From an uncultured Bacteriovoracaceae bacterium (GTDB lineage Bacteria; Bdellovibrionota; Bacteriovoracia; Bacteriovoracales; Bacteriovoracaceae), in assembly GCA_964012805.1 (NCBI GenBank), contig CAXGUD010000015.1, positions 23,419 through 87,418 on the forward strand: a stretch of DNA of 64,000 nucleotides, given 5' to 3'. This document shows positions 39,825-49,648 of this stretch, piece by piece. A program made the position numbers and the translations under genes. Each line of letters starts with the position of its first letter. The first letter of the stretch is position 1. Under the pieces are notes generated by a model that saw only the letters and a program-made list of their open reading frames with translations, had not been told where the DNA came from and did no database searches.

Positions 39825-40226
39825 TTAAATGGCCACTTTCTCTAACTCCCACGTACAATGATCATCCACGACGCTCTTCCACACAGATTCAATGTCAACT
39901 CCAAAGCATTCTTTTAGTCTTGAAACAGTCCAATCCTCAGTCTCCACGCTCTCAACATTCTCAACTTCTATTCGAGAAAACGGGCTATCAATTGTTAAAT
40001 AGAACTCATTCTTTTTATCTTTAAAATCTAAAATCCTCATCCACTGATTTCCACTTCTTTCAATAAAACGATTTGTTCTAATTTTTAAATAAAGCCTATT
40101 GTATCTAGAGTCTTTCATCTCTTCTAAAAGCAAATTAATATAAACAACGACATTATCTCCAAGTTTATTGGAAAAAACCGCTTGCAACTCTCCCTCAATC
40201 TCTTGATTTGTCATTGACCTTTTCAC
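39825..40226 (-). CDS. Hypothetical protein
   Basis: GTG at 40226 after AGAGGAG RBS (ORF track starts at 40250). Confidence 0.6.
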   Translation of the reverse strand: MKRSMTNQEIEGELQAVFSNKLGDNVVVYINLLLEEMKDSRYNRLYLKIRTNRFIERSGNQWMRILDFKDKKNEFYLTIDSPFSRIEVENVESVETEDWTVSRLKECFGVDIESVWKSVVDDHCTWELEKVAI

Positions 40227-40489
40227 GTGTGCTCCTCTTCTTGACTGCAAGAACCCAAGTCTGAAAAAATACTGCCTTTAAAACAGCTACTTACCTAAAT
40301 CTTAAGTGATAAAGACTTAAAATCAGTGTCTTTTTCCAAATTACGGTCTCAGCAAAGTTCCTCTATTCGATATTTCAATATTTTAAGAAGAAAACCTTAA
40401 GGTAGAAATGGTAAAATTGCTTGAGTATGAGTAATTCTTAATAGTCCAAGGACCTCATCCAAATAAATTTCATTTTGAAAGAAGCGGAG

Positions 40490-41551
40490 TTAATGTTGAG
40501 AAAAATTATTCAAAGAGAACCTTTTTTTATAGTATTCCTTCATTCTCTTTAAATGAACCGAATAAAAAATTCCATTCATCAAGTGGCCTTTTTCCAAAAA
40601 AAGGGCTTCAGGAAACCCTAATTTTTGTCTTAAACCGACCTGCACCTCTACAGGAACATAATCATCTTCTAATGCAACAAAAAGAAAATAATCTTTTGCT
40701 TTTCTTCCATCAGTCAAAAAGGGTAACCCAAGTTTAATTTTTTCCCTTAACAATTCTTCATAATCTTCTTTATTTAAGAGGTCTAATTCTTTCATTTTTT
40801 TTTGGCGGAGCTTCTTCACCACAGGCTGAACACTATGGGCCATTATTGTTGGAAGATCGATCCCGCCCATAAATATTACACTAGCTTTAATTCTAGGGTC
40901 TCTTCCAGAGGAAAGGGCCGCTGTTATGCCTCCTAAGCTAACCCCCTTTATCCCTATTTTTGTGATATCGGCCCCTGGCAGGTTGTGAGCGACATCAATA
41001 AAGGCCCTCACCTTATCAATATAATTTTTCCACATAGGGCCAATGTCATCTAACTTGAACTCCATTTTTGATGTAGGTACATTCAGCTTAAGAACAACAA
41101 CACCAAAGCCACTATTCGCAAAATAATTAGCGGAAATATAATCCAAAGGGGTAATTCCAACAACCGGAGGAACAATAATAATAAGAGGGGCTTTCTCACC
41201 ATCCATTAATTTCGGTTTATAGTAAACAAACTCATGATCATAAAAAGACTTTTCAAGCGTACTAAACGCATTATACCGTCCCTTATATTTTTTTACTTTT
41301 GTAGGACTTTTTACCAAGTCCATTTCTACAATGGAGCTATACCTAGAAGTTTTATCTTTCCAAAATGTTTTTACAGCAGAGCGGTACCCAAAAGTCTCTT
41401 CAAAACTAAAGTCGGTTTTAATTCCATAAAAAGAGTTTTGATTATCATTACTATAAGCATTAAAAGAAAGGCTTAAAAAAAGGAATGAAAGAATAATAAA
41501 TAAGCATGCACTCCTTGAACTTGTTCTTTCAAAGATCAACATTGACTCCAT
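40490..41551 (-). CDS. Exported alpha/beta hydrolase
   Basis: GVSLGG nucleophile elbow, DDYVP, KGH; N-terminal hydrophobic segment. Confidence 0.8.
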   Translation of the reverse strand: MESMLIFERTSSRSACLFIILSFLFLSLSFNAYSNDNQNSFYGIKTDFSFEETFGYRSAVKTFWKDKTSRYSSIVEMDLVKSPTKVKKYKGRYNAFSTLEKSFYDHEFVYYKPKLMDGEKAPLIIIVPPVVGITPLDYISANYFANSGFGVVVLKLNVPTSKMEFKLDDIGPMWKNYIDKVRAFIDVAHNLPGADITKIGIKGVSLGGITAALSSGRDPRIKASVIFMGGIDLPTIMAHSVQPVVKKLRQKKMKELDLLNKEDYEELLREKIKLGLPFLTDGRKAKDYFLFVALEDDYVPVEVQVGLRQKLGFPEALFLEKGHLMNGIFYSVHLKRMKEYYKKRFSLNNFSQH

Positions 41552-41654
41552 TGTTCAAAAAATAGAAAAAAATAATGTAATTGATCCTGAGAATCTAACA
41601 CAAAAGTAAAGTTTTTCAAATATTCTTTAATTAAATAAACGCCAGATAAATCGC

Positions 41655-42707
41655 TTAAGGACGAAAACACATTAATCGATCAGGACCAACTTCACTTTCT
41701 GAAAATGGAGCGCCAAAATCTTCGACAGAAGGCGCCTTAAGACCACTTTTAAGGCACTTCGGGCCCACGAGAACTCGTGCCTCATTCCAAATATTTAGCT
41801 TTAAGAAGCTATTTAACAGAAATGGCCCCCCCTCAACGATAAGCGATTGAATCCCTTTTTCATAAAGGAAGGATAAAACAAAAGGAATTAATTTTTCATT
41901 ATCAAAAGGCGCTTTTACATAACTCAAATTGTCTCGATTGGGGCCTTCCTCACTTTCAGTAAAGATAAAGGTCTGCACCTCACCACTTAAAAGGGAAGAG
42001 CTTTTAGGAATTCTTAAGTTTTTGTCAATGACAACTCTAGTGGGGTTAGGACCTTTCACAAGCCTTGCTGTAAGAGATGGATTATCTTTAATAGCAGTCC
42101 TGGTACCAACCATGATTGCATCTTCCTCGACCCTCCATTTATGGACAAGCCTCTTTGAATCATCTCCTGTAATCCAAAAAGGCTCCCTCTTTTCTTGTTT
42201 TTCTGGAGCAATGAAGCCATCTTGGGTTTGGGCCCACTTTAAAATCACATACGGCGCTTTAAAACGGTGAAAATGAAAAAACCTTTTATTGAGGTCAACA
42301 CACTGGTCCTCAAGGACACCTAAATCAACGGAGATGCCAGCTTTTTTAAGAATCTCAACTCCTTTTCCTTGGACTTTTGAAAAGGTATCTATACATCCGA
42401 CTACAACTCTTTTTACACCTAGCTTTACTAAGAGCTCTGCGCAGGGGGGTGTCTTTCCGTAATGAGCACAAGGCTCCAAATTAACATAGATCGTAGCACC
42501 TTTAATTAATTCCTTATTACCAACACTCTCAGCAGCATTAACCTCGGCATGAGGACCACCAAACAATTGGTGAAAGCCACGGCCGATAATTTCTTTATCT
42601 TTTACAATGACAGAGCCTACCAATGGGTTGGGAGAAACCCTTCCTCTCCCCTTCTCTGCCAGATTAAGACATTCAGACATCATTTTTTCATCAAACAAAC
42701 TCGACAT
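41655..42707 (-). CDS. ribD: Riboflavin biosynthesis deaminase/reductase
   Basis: SPNPLVG, PHAEV, LEPCAHYGKTPPC, DNPSLTAR, VEGG. Confidence 0.95.
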   Translation of the reverse strand: MSSLFDEKMMSECLNLAEKGRGRVSPNPLVGSVIVKDKEIIGRGFHQLFGGPHAEVNAAESVGNKELIKGATIYVNLEPCAHYGKTPPCAELLVKLGVKRVVVGCIDTFSKVQGKGVEILKKAGISVDLGVLEDQCVDLNKRFFHFHRFKAPYVILKWAQTQDGFIAPEKQEKREPFWITGDDSKRLVHKWRVEEDAIMVGTRTAIKDNPSLTARLVKGPNPTRVVIDKNLRIPKSSSLLSGEVQTFIFTESEEGPNRDNLSYVKAPFDNEKLIPFVLSFLYEKGIQSLIVEGGPFLLNSFLKLNIWNEARVLVGPKCLKSGLKAPSVEDFGAPFSESEVGPDRLMCFRP

Positions 42708-42891
42708 TTCCTATACTCCTACCCACCTTCTAACACTCTTAAGATGAAAAAGTCGACCATACAAACTCCCAAAAAAGGGACTCTTGTGATAACCTCTAAG
42801 AATCAATGCCTATTGTTAAAATGGGCAATAGGTTTGAAACCCCACCAAAAGCTGTTAGCTGGAACATGGCCTTTGTAAAGGACAACAAAAA

Positions 42892-43206
42892 ATGAGTAAA
42901 AAAGATAAAAAAAACTTAGAAGAGGCAGTTAACAAAGCAAATTGTTTTATAGAAGAAGACCTCTACCAAAAAGTAAAAAGGGAAGCCAAGCATCTTGGTA
43001 TCCCACCCCAAAAGCTTGTGAACACGCACCTTCGCGAATACTTCACTGAAAGATCCAAGGTGAAAAAGCAAAAAAGGAAAAAAGAAAAGGCTGAACCTGT
43101 TGATTGTCCTCAATGCGGGTATAAAATCCTTGGAGATAGGGGTAAAAGCATAAATGAAGACTCAATGTCAAAAGAGAAAGGCTTTTTCTCAAAACTATTT
43201 GGATAG
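42892..43206 (+). CDS. Small protein: ribbon-helix-helix-like N-terminus, CxxC, amphipathic C-terminal tail
   Basis: CFIEEDLYQKVKREAKHLGIPPQKLVNTHLREY; CPQC; KGFFSKLFG; AAGGA RBS. Confidence 0.65.
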   Translation: MSKKDKKNLEEAVNKANCFIEEDLYQKVKREAKHLGIPPQKLVNTHLREYFTERSKVKKQKRKKEKAEPVDCPQCGYKILGDRGKSINEDSMSKEKGFFSKLFG

Positions 43207-43217
43207 GGAGAACACAG

Positions 43218-43844
43218 GTGCAAAAGAAACAAATCTTTAGTTTTTTTATTTTGCTTCAACTTCTTTTTTTCCTTTCTTTAGGATTGAGTTTTGCCGAAGC
43301 GGGCCCCAAAACTTTAAAAACAGCTATTTTTGGCACTGGATGCTTCTGGTGTAGCCAAGAAGACATTGAAAAGTTAAAAGGCGTGAAAAGTGCCTTGCCT
43401 GGTTATTCAGGTGGAACTTTAAAAAACCCGACCTACAAAAAGCACCCAGGACATATTGAAGTCGTTAAAATAACTTATGACCCTGTCCAGATATCCTTTC
43501 AAAAACTTGTAAAGAAAGTCTGGGTTCAACAAATCCCAACGGATGACGGTGGATCTTTTTGTGATAGAGGCCATAGCTACAGAAACGTTTTCTTTTATGG
43601 AGATAAAGATGAAGAGAAGATCCTTAAAAAAACCAAGGACTCCCTAGAAAAAATATTAGGGGAAGAGGTCAAAACAATTATAAAAAAAAGGACCTTCTTC
43701 ACTACCGCCGAAAAGTATCATATTCACTACGCTAAGAAAAATCCGCTACGCTATAAATACTACCGCTACGGATGCGGTCGAGATAAAGCACTAAAGAATT
43801 TTTGGAATAGAGATAAAATTAAAAAAAGCATGGAAAGCTGGTAA
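43218..43844 (+). CDS. msrA: Exported peptide methionine sulfoxide reductase A
   Basis: GCFWC, GYSGG...NPTY, FCDRG.SY, AE.YH, YRYGCGRD; signal peptide. Confidence 0.92.
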   Translation: MQKKQIFSFFILLQLLFFLSLGLSFAEAGPKTLKTAIFGTGCFWCSQEDIEKLKGVKSALPGYSGGTLKNPTYKKHPGHIEVVKITYDPVQISFQKLVKKVWVQQIPTDDGGSFCDRGHSYRNVFFYGDKDEEKILKKTKDSLEKILGEEVKTIIKKRTFFTTAEKYHIHYAKKNPLRYKYYRYGCGRDKALKNFWNRDKIKKSMESW

Positions 43845-43846
43845 GC

Positions 43847-45916
43847 CTAATTGTTTTCAGGCCTTGGTAAAATTATTATCACTTTTGTGTAACTGTTCTT
43901 AACCGATTCGCATTTCAGAATTCCTCTCATATTTTCAACAACATTTTTTACTGTATAAAGACCGATTCCTTTCCCTTCGAACTTTGCGCTTGAAGGACTT
44001 CTCCAACCCTTTTCAAAGAGGTGGGGCAACTCATCTTCATGTAAGCCTATACCATTGTCTTCTATTACAATTGTGACTTTTTTTTCATCTAAATGACTTG
44101 AAATATTTATAATCAACTTTCTTTCGGGAAATGCAGAATATTTTATGCTATTTGAAACAATATTTGAAATAACCTGTTCTAAGAGTATTTCATCAGTGAG
44201 GACATGATTCTCTTGTAAATCGAATTTAAAAGTTCCCTCTAATTCTCTAAGATTTCCTTGAAATTTCTTTTCAATTCTTTCTATTATATTCTTCAATGAA
44301 ACCGTATGAAGGCCAATATCACCACTTATTGTAAAATTAAGAAACTGATCAATAATCCCTAAAGATTCTTTTGTTAATTCCCTCATATTTTTAAGATAAG
44401 AATCTGATTTTTCACCTTGTTCCCTATTTTTTTCCAACAATTCAAGGTTGGTTTTAATAGCAGCTATTGGGGATTTTAAGTCATGGGCCACAACATAATC
44501 GTACTCCCTAAGCTTTTTATTTTTTTCCTCCAAAACTCTTTTGGCCTGCTCTAGCTCCATCTTGTAATTGGTCATACTTTGGGCCACTTCATTATAGGCA
44601 TAACCAATCAGGCCAACGGTGGTAAAAGGATCCTCAGGAGCCTTCACTCTATAATCTCTTTGCAGAGACTGGGCCTTCATAAAAAGAAGCATTTCAAAAA
44701 GTTCATTTTGGGCCTTATGCTCCGAAAGGTTAAGACCAATAATTTCATCTTCCTTCTTAACTCTCATCGGGTAAAAATAATTTATCCCTTTTGCTATCAG
44801 GAAAGTAGTAATGAAAACAGGTATCCCGGATACGACAATACCTAGAGCTTGGACCCGAAGTTGCTCTAAAACACTTAAAGAGTTTTCTTTTAATACAGGG
44901 TCTGCAAAAAGAGCGACAGCAATCGTTCCCCAAATCCCGCCACCAAGATGGACAGGTATGGCCCCTACAGCATCATCAATTTGAAGTTTTAAAAGAAGTT
45001 TTTCTATACTTATGACAATGATAGCAGCAATAGCTCCAATAAAAAAAATACTATCGGAGTTAAATACATTGGCCCCAGCTGTAACGCTTACCAGTCCACC
45101 TAAACAGGTATTAATTAATTGGTTTCCTGAAGGAACTCCCCAATTTAAAAAAGAGGATATTAATAACCCCCATAAAAGACCAAAAGTTCCTCCCAAGAGT
45201 GTATTTAAAATTATTGGTCCAATTGAACTCGTGAGCCCCATTGTGCTCCCACCATTAAAACCAATCCAACCAACCCATAAAGCGAAAACGCCTAAAATCG
45301 CAAAAGGAAAATTGCTTCCATGAATTTCTCTTGGATTTCCATCACGATCAAAGCGATTAAGCCTAGGCCCAATAACGAGAACTAAGGCCAATGCCACCCA
45401 ACCTCCCGTGCTATGAACGACAGTTGAGCCGGCAAAATCTAAAAACCCCTTTTTGGCAAGCCAACCCCATTTTTCTCCAACCCAAAACCCTGACCATGAG
45501 AGGTTAACCACAAAAGGATAAAGAATAAAGGCCATCAATGAGACAAAAATAAGAAAAGATTTAAATTTCATCCTCTCAGCAACAGCTCCTGAAACAATTG
45601 TTGCAGCCGTATTACAAAAAAGAGTCTGGAAAATAAAAAAGGCAACTAACGACGTATTTTCTGAGAAAAAAAGAAATAATTCCGTGTGAGGTCGAACACC
45701 TTCGTTAAAAAGGGGTGTCCCAAAAGCAAAGGCAAAACCAAAGGACCAAAATATAAAAAAAGACAGACTAAAATCTGAAAGGTTTTTCAAAGCAACGTTT
45801 ATATTGTTTTTATTTCTGGTTAAACCACTCTCCAGAGCAAGGAACCCCAGTTGCATGAGAAGGACCAAACCAGAACAAATCATAACCCAAAAAATATCAA
45901 TTTGTGTCTTTGCCAT
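43847..45916 (-). CDS. amt: Ammonium transporter fused to histidine kinase
   Basis: IVSGAVAER, DFAGSTVVHSTGG, GWIGFNGGS, DDAVGAIPVH, then AHDLKSP, NIVSNSIKY, DNGIG, GKGIGL. Confidence 0.92.
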   Translation of the reverse strand: MAKTQIDIFWVMICSGLVLLMQLGFLALESGLTRNKNNINVALKNLSDFSLSFFIFWSFGFAFAFGTPLFNEGVRPHTELFLFFSENTSLVAFFIFQTLFCNTAATIVSGAVAERMKFKSFLIFVSLMAFILYPFVVNLSWSGFWVGEKWGWLAKKGFLDFAGSTVVHSTGGWVALALVLVIGPRLNRFDRDGNPREIHGSNFPFAILGVFALWVGWIGFNGGSTMGLTSSIGPIILNTLLGGTFGLLWGLLISSFLNWGVPSGNQLINTCLGGLVSVTAGANVFNSDSIFFIGAIAAIIVISIEKLLLKLQIDDAVGAIPVHLGGGIWGTIAVALFADPVLKENSLSVLEQLRVQALGIVVSGIPVFITTFLIAKGINYFYPMRVKKEDEIIGLNLSEHKAQNELFEMLLFMKAQSLQRDYRVKAPEDPFTTVGLIGYAYNEVAQSMTNYKMELEQAKRVLEEKNKKLREYDYVVAHDLKSPIAAIKTNLELLEKNREQGEKSDSYLKNMRELTKESLGIIDQFLNFTISGDIGLHTVSLKNIIERIEKKFQGNLRELEGTFKFDLQENHVLTDEILLEQVISNIVSNSIKYSAFPERKLIINISSHLDEKKVTIVIEDNGIGLHEDELPHLFEKGWRSPSSAKFEGKGIGLYTVKNVVENMRGILKCESVKNSYTKVIIILPRPENN

Positions 45917-46050
45917 AGGCCTTCTATTTTAATCTCTAATCAAAAAAAGGGTTATATGAATAAAAAAAGGAAAATTTTACGACTTTTTCAAATCGTTCCT
46001 CTTTTAATTATTGATTTATTTTTTTTTAATAAGTGGTTTAGAATAGAGTT

Positions 46051-47472
46051 ATGAAAAAAAAAAACTGTTTTACCAAACTAATTTATTCAACGAACTTTTT
46101 CCTGAGCATCATGCTTGGCCTTTCTTGTGTTGGCGCACCACCTCATGCCTTTTCAAAGACAGAGGAAATCAAGTTTCCTGATTCTTTTGAGTGGTGCGTA
46201 GCCACAGCAAGTCACCAAATAGAAGGCAATAACAAAGATAGTGATTGGTGGGAATTCGAGAGAAGAGGAAAAACAATCGAAAATGAGGATCGATCTACAA
46301 AGGCCACAGACCACTGGAATAGACTCGAGGAGGATACTCAGATACTTGTTGACTTAGGTGTAAAAACCTACCGTTTCTCTCTCGAATGGGCGAAGATTGA
46401 ACCACAACCTGGAAATTGGAACAAGGAAGCCTTAGAGCACTATAAAAAAGAAATACTACTGTTGAAAAAAAACAATATTAAACCTTTTATCACTCTAAAT
46501 CATTTTAGCATCCCCTATTGGTTTGCTAAAAAAGGAGGATGGACCTCACCACAAGCCCCCCATTTTTTCAACCGCTATGTGAAAAAGGTTTTCGAAAACC
46601 TTGGCCATTTAGGTATTGAATCCTGGGTAACCTTTAACGAGCCCGTATGGAATTTAATTTCAGGTTATGTTTTAGGTGCTTTTCCCCCAGGCAAAAAGGA
46701 TTTAAAGCTTTTGGCAGCACCAATTGTTGGTGTTGTGAAGTCACACGCTTTGGCCTATAAAACTCTTCATAAAATAGCAAAAAAGAGAAATATTCCAATT
46801 AAAGTAGGTCTCGTTAAAGCACTCAACATTTTTGAAACGTTAAGAAAGTGGAACCCTCTGGACCACTATGCCCGTTCAATATTAGAAAGAGTTTATAATT
46901 TAAGTCTTTTAGAAGCCCTTCAAAAAGGCCGTTTAAAGTTTTCTTTTCCGACAATTGTAAATATGGATAAAGAATTAAAGGAAGCTAAAGGAACTTTAGA
47001 TTTTTTAGGTGTTAATTTTTATACAAGGCTCTTTGTTAAATTTACTTTTTCGCCACCATTTATAAAAACCGAGACTGTTGCAGCTAAAGATAAAATAACA
47101 GAAATGCACTGGGAGATTTACCCTGAAGGTCTCTACAAAGTCGTAACGAAGGCCCATCAAATGTTTCCAAAGCTTCCTATCTTTATTTCAGAAAATGGCA
47201 TTGCTGATAAAACAGATAAAAAGAGAATTCCTTTTATCAAGGACCACCTCTATTACGTTTATAAACTTATCAAACAAAAAGTCCCAATCGTTGGCTATTG
47301 CTATTGGACACTTATTGATAATTTTGAATGGGCCCATGGTTATAGACCTAGGTTTGGACTCTACGAATTGGATTTAAAAACACTTAGCAGAACCCCAAGA
47401 CCTTCTGCAATTTTCTATAAAAATTTAATTAAAAAGAAAGGTTTTAGCTATGAAAAAAAAGGGTTTAAATAA
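46051..47472 (+). CDS. Exported GH1 beta-glycosidase
   Basis: ATASHQIEG, YRFSLEWAKIEP, TFNEP (acid/base), ISENG (nucleophile), DNFEW. Confidence 0.92.
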   Translation: MKKKNCFTKLIYSTNFFLSIMLGLSCVGAPPHAFSKTEEIKFPDSFEWCVATASHQIEGNNKDSDWWEFERRGKTIENEDRSTKATDHWNRLEEDTQILVDLGVKTYRFSLEWAKIEPQPGNWNKEALEHYKKEILLLKKNNIKPFITLNHFSIPYWFAKKGGWTSPQAPHFFNRYVKKVFENLGHLGIESWVTFNEPVWNLISGYVLGAFPPGKKDLKLLAAPIVGVVKSHALAYKTLHKIAKKRNIPIKVGLVKALNIFETLRKWNPLDHYARSILERVYNLSLLEALQKGRLKFSFPTIVNMDKELKEAKGTLDFLGVNFYTRLFVKFTFSPPFIKTETVAAKDKITEMHWEIYPEGLYKVVTKAHQMFPKLPIFISENGIADKTDKKRIPFIKDHLYYVYKLIKQKVPIVGYCYWTLIDNFEWAHGYRPRFGLYELDLKTLSRTPRPSAIFYKNLIKKKGFSYEKKGFK

Positions 47473-49630
47473 AGTACTTCTAACCTTACTCATTCTTTTT
47501 ACAAGCTGCACAGAACCCTATTTTAAAAAGTTAAAAATAGAAATAAACTCCACGAATATTGTTGACCCTATAAATGAAAATCCAAATAACCTCACATTTA
47601 ATTTAGACAATAAAAACTTATCAATTGGTGAGTTTATAAGCTTTTCTTTGAGTTCATCTTTTCTTTCCGCTTCCAATGGATCTCAAACACAAAAGTATAG
47701 AATGGGAACCTTCAAACTAAAAGATGATAAAAAGTTTTTCTGCTCAAATCAAACACTTGATAATATTATAAGAAGATCTAATGATTCTCTTGTTTTAAAA
47801 GGGAAAGTCTATGGGGATCAATGCCTGGCCAGCTATAAACTTAGCTTTAAGTTGATTCATAAAAACCAGCTGAACTGGAAACTGACATTTGAAGAAAACG
47901 GGGAAAATATAAAACTTAACCGCACTTTTTTTAAATTTAATAAAGAAGAAAAAGAAAAACTCTATGGGCTGGGGGAACAGTTTAGCCACCTTCAACTAAA
48001 TGGACTCAAAATTCCTCTTTTAACAGAAGAACAAGGTATTGGCCGCGGTGACTTTCCTATTACCTGGGGAGCAGAAATAATGGCAGGGGCCGGTGGTCAT
48101 GAGTTTTCAACTTATGCTCCTATTCCTTTTTTATTATCTCACTCAACTAAGCCTAAAGGCTACTTTTTCGAAAACAAATCATTTAGCGTCATGGACTTAA
48201 CTGCTGAAGATGAAATAAAGTTTGAGGTTAGGGAAAAAGACCTTTCTGGAACCATTTGGAAAGGCGAAAACCTCTTTCAAATCTTAGAGCAATACACTTT
48301 AAAAACAGGCCGCTTTCCAAATCTCCCTGAATGGGCCTACGGAACATGGTTAGGAATGCAAGGTGGAAGAGAAAAAGTTTTAAAAGAAGTCAGACTTGCC
48401 AAAAAAGAAGGAAATCCAATCACAGCACTATGGATCCAAGATTGGGTTGGAAAAAGACAAACTTATTTTGGATCAAGACTTTTTTGGAATTGGGAATCAG
48501 ACAAAAAGTCTTATCCTGACTTTAAAAAATTCTGCGACAAATTATGGCGTGAAGGCGTTGCAGTTTTGGGTTATATAAACCCTTATCTTGCAGACAATGG
48601 GAACCTATACAATATAGCAAAAAAAAAGGGCTACTTTGTTAAAAATCAAAAAGGTAAGGACTACAGGATCGAAACACCAGGCTTTGATGCCTTTATTATT
48701 GATCTTACCAATCCAAAGGCCTATGAATGGCTTAAAGAAGTGATTAAAAATAATCTCATTGAACAGGGCCTAAGAGGTTGGATGGCAGACTTTGGTGAAT
48801 GGCTTCCAATGGATAGCGTCCTTTTTTCTGGAATTAGCGCTGAGCTTTACCATAATGATTACCCTGTTATTTGGGCAAAACTTAATAGAGAGGCCATCAA
48901 AGAAGCTGGTATGGAAGGAAAAATTGTCTTCTTTACTAGGTCTGGCTTTAGCTACTCAAATAAATACAGCACACTATTTTGGGAAGGTGATCAAATGGTC
49001 AGTTTTGATCGTCACGATGGTCTTCCCTCAACTATTGTAGGCCTATTATCATCTGGTCTAAGTGGTATCAGCTTAAATCATAGTGATGTTGGGGGGTACA
49101 CCACTATAAATAACCCTATTATAAAGTACTATAGATCAGAGGAGCTTTTTCTTAGATGGGCTGAGCTTAATGCTTTTACACCAATCTTTAGGACTCATGA
49201 GGGAAATAGGCCGACAAAAAATCACCAGCCTTACTCTAGCATTGAAACAAGGAAAAAATTCGCGCGCTATGGCAAAATGCACTTTGCCCTTAAAAATTAT
49301 CTAAAGTTTTATGTCAATGAAGCCGCCCAAAAAGGTCTTCCGGTTGTAAGGCCCCTCTTCCTTCACTATCCACAAGACAAAAAGACCTTTGACTTAAAAA
49401 AGCAGTTCCTTTTAGGAGAAGACATCCTTGTTTTACCTGTCCTTGAGTCTAGACAAATATTAGTCAAAGGTTACCTACCCAAAGGAAAATGGAGGCATTT
49501 ATTTTTAAATAAGGTATATTACGGATCTAAAACAATTGAAATCAAAGCTCCGCTAGGTACTCCAGCAGTTTTTATACGTGAGGACAGTGTTTGGAAAAAA
49601 GAGCTCTTAACCAAGTTTCTTCAATTGTAA
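47450..49630 (+). CDS. GH31 alpha-glycosidase, sulfoquinovosidase (YihQ)-like lipoprotein
   Basis: GMQGG, WIQDW.G.R.T.FG.RLFWNW, GWMADFGE, W.GDQ, HSDVGGYT, RTHEGNRP; lipobox FTSC. Confidence 0.8.
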   Translation: MKKKGLNKVLLTLLILFTSCTEPYFKKLKIEINSTNIVDPINENPNNLTFNLDNKNLSIGEFISFSLSSSFLSASNGSQTQKYRMGTFKLKDDKKFFCSNQTLDNIIRRSNDSLVLKGKVYGDQCLASYKLSFKLIHKNQLNWKLTFEENGENIKLNRTFFKFNKEEKEKLYGLGEQFSHLQLNGLKIPLLTEEQGIGRGDFPITWGAEIMAGAGGHEFSTYAPIPFLLSHSTKPKGYFFENKSFSVMDLTAEDEIKFEVREKDLSGTIWKGENLFQILEQYTLKTGRFPNLPEWAYGTWLGMQGGREKVLKEVRLAKKEGNPITALWIQDWVGKRQTYFGSRLFWNWESDKKSYPDFKKFCDKLWREGVAVLGYINPYLADNGNLYNIAKKKGYFVKNQKGKDYRIETPGFDAFIIDLTNPKAYEWLKEVIKNNLIEQGLRGWMADFGEWLPMDSVLFSGISAELYHNDYPVIWAKLNREAIKEAGMEGKIVFFTRSGFSYSNKYSTLFWEGDQMVSFDRHDGLPSTIVGLLSSGLSGISLNHSDVGGYTTINNPIIKYYRSEELFLRWAELNAFTPIFRTHEGNRPTKNHQPYSSIETRKKFARYGKMHFALKNYLKFYVNEAAQKGLPVVRPLFLHYPQDKKTFDLKKQFLLGEDILVLPVLESRQILVKGYLPKGKWRHLFLNKVYYGSKTIEIKAPLGTPAVFIREDSVWKKELLTKFLQL

Positions 49631-49648
49631 ATATCCTATAAAGGAAAA

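Noticed and set aside
42549..42878. 109 aa plus-strand ORF
   Set aside because: It overlaps ribD antisense and has no recognisable features.
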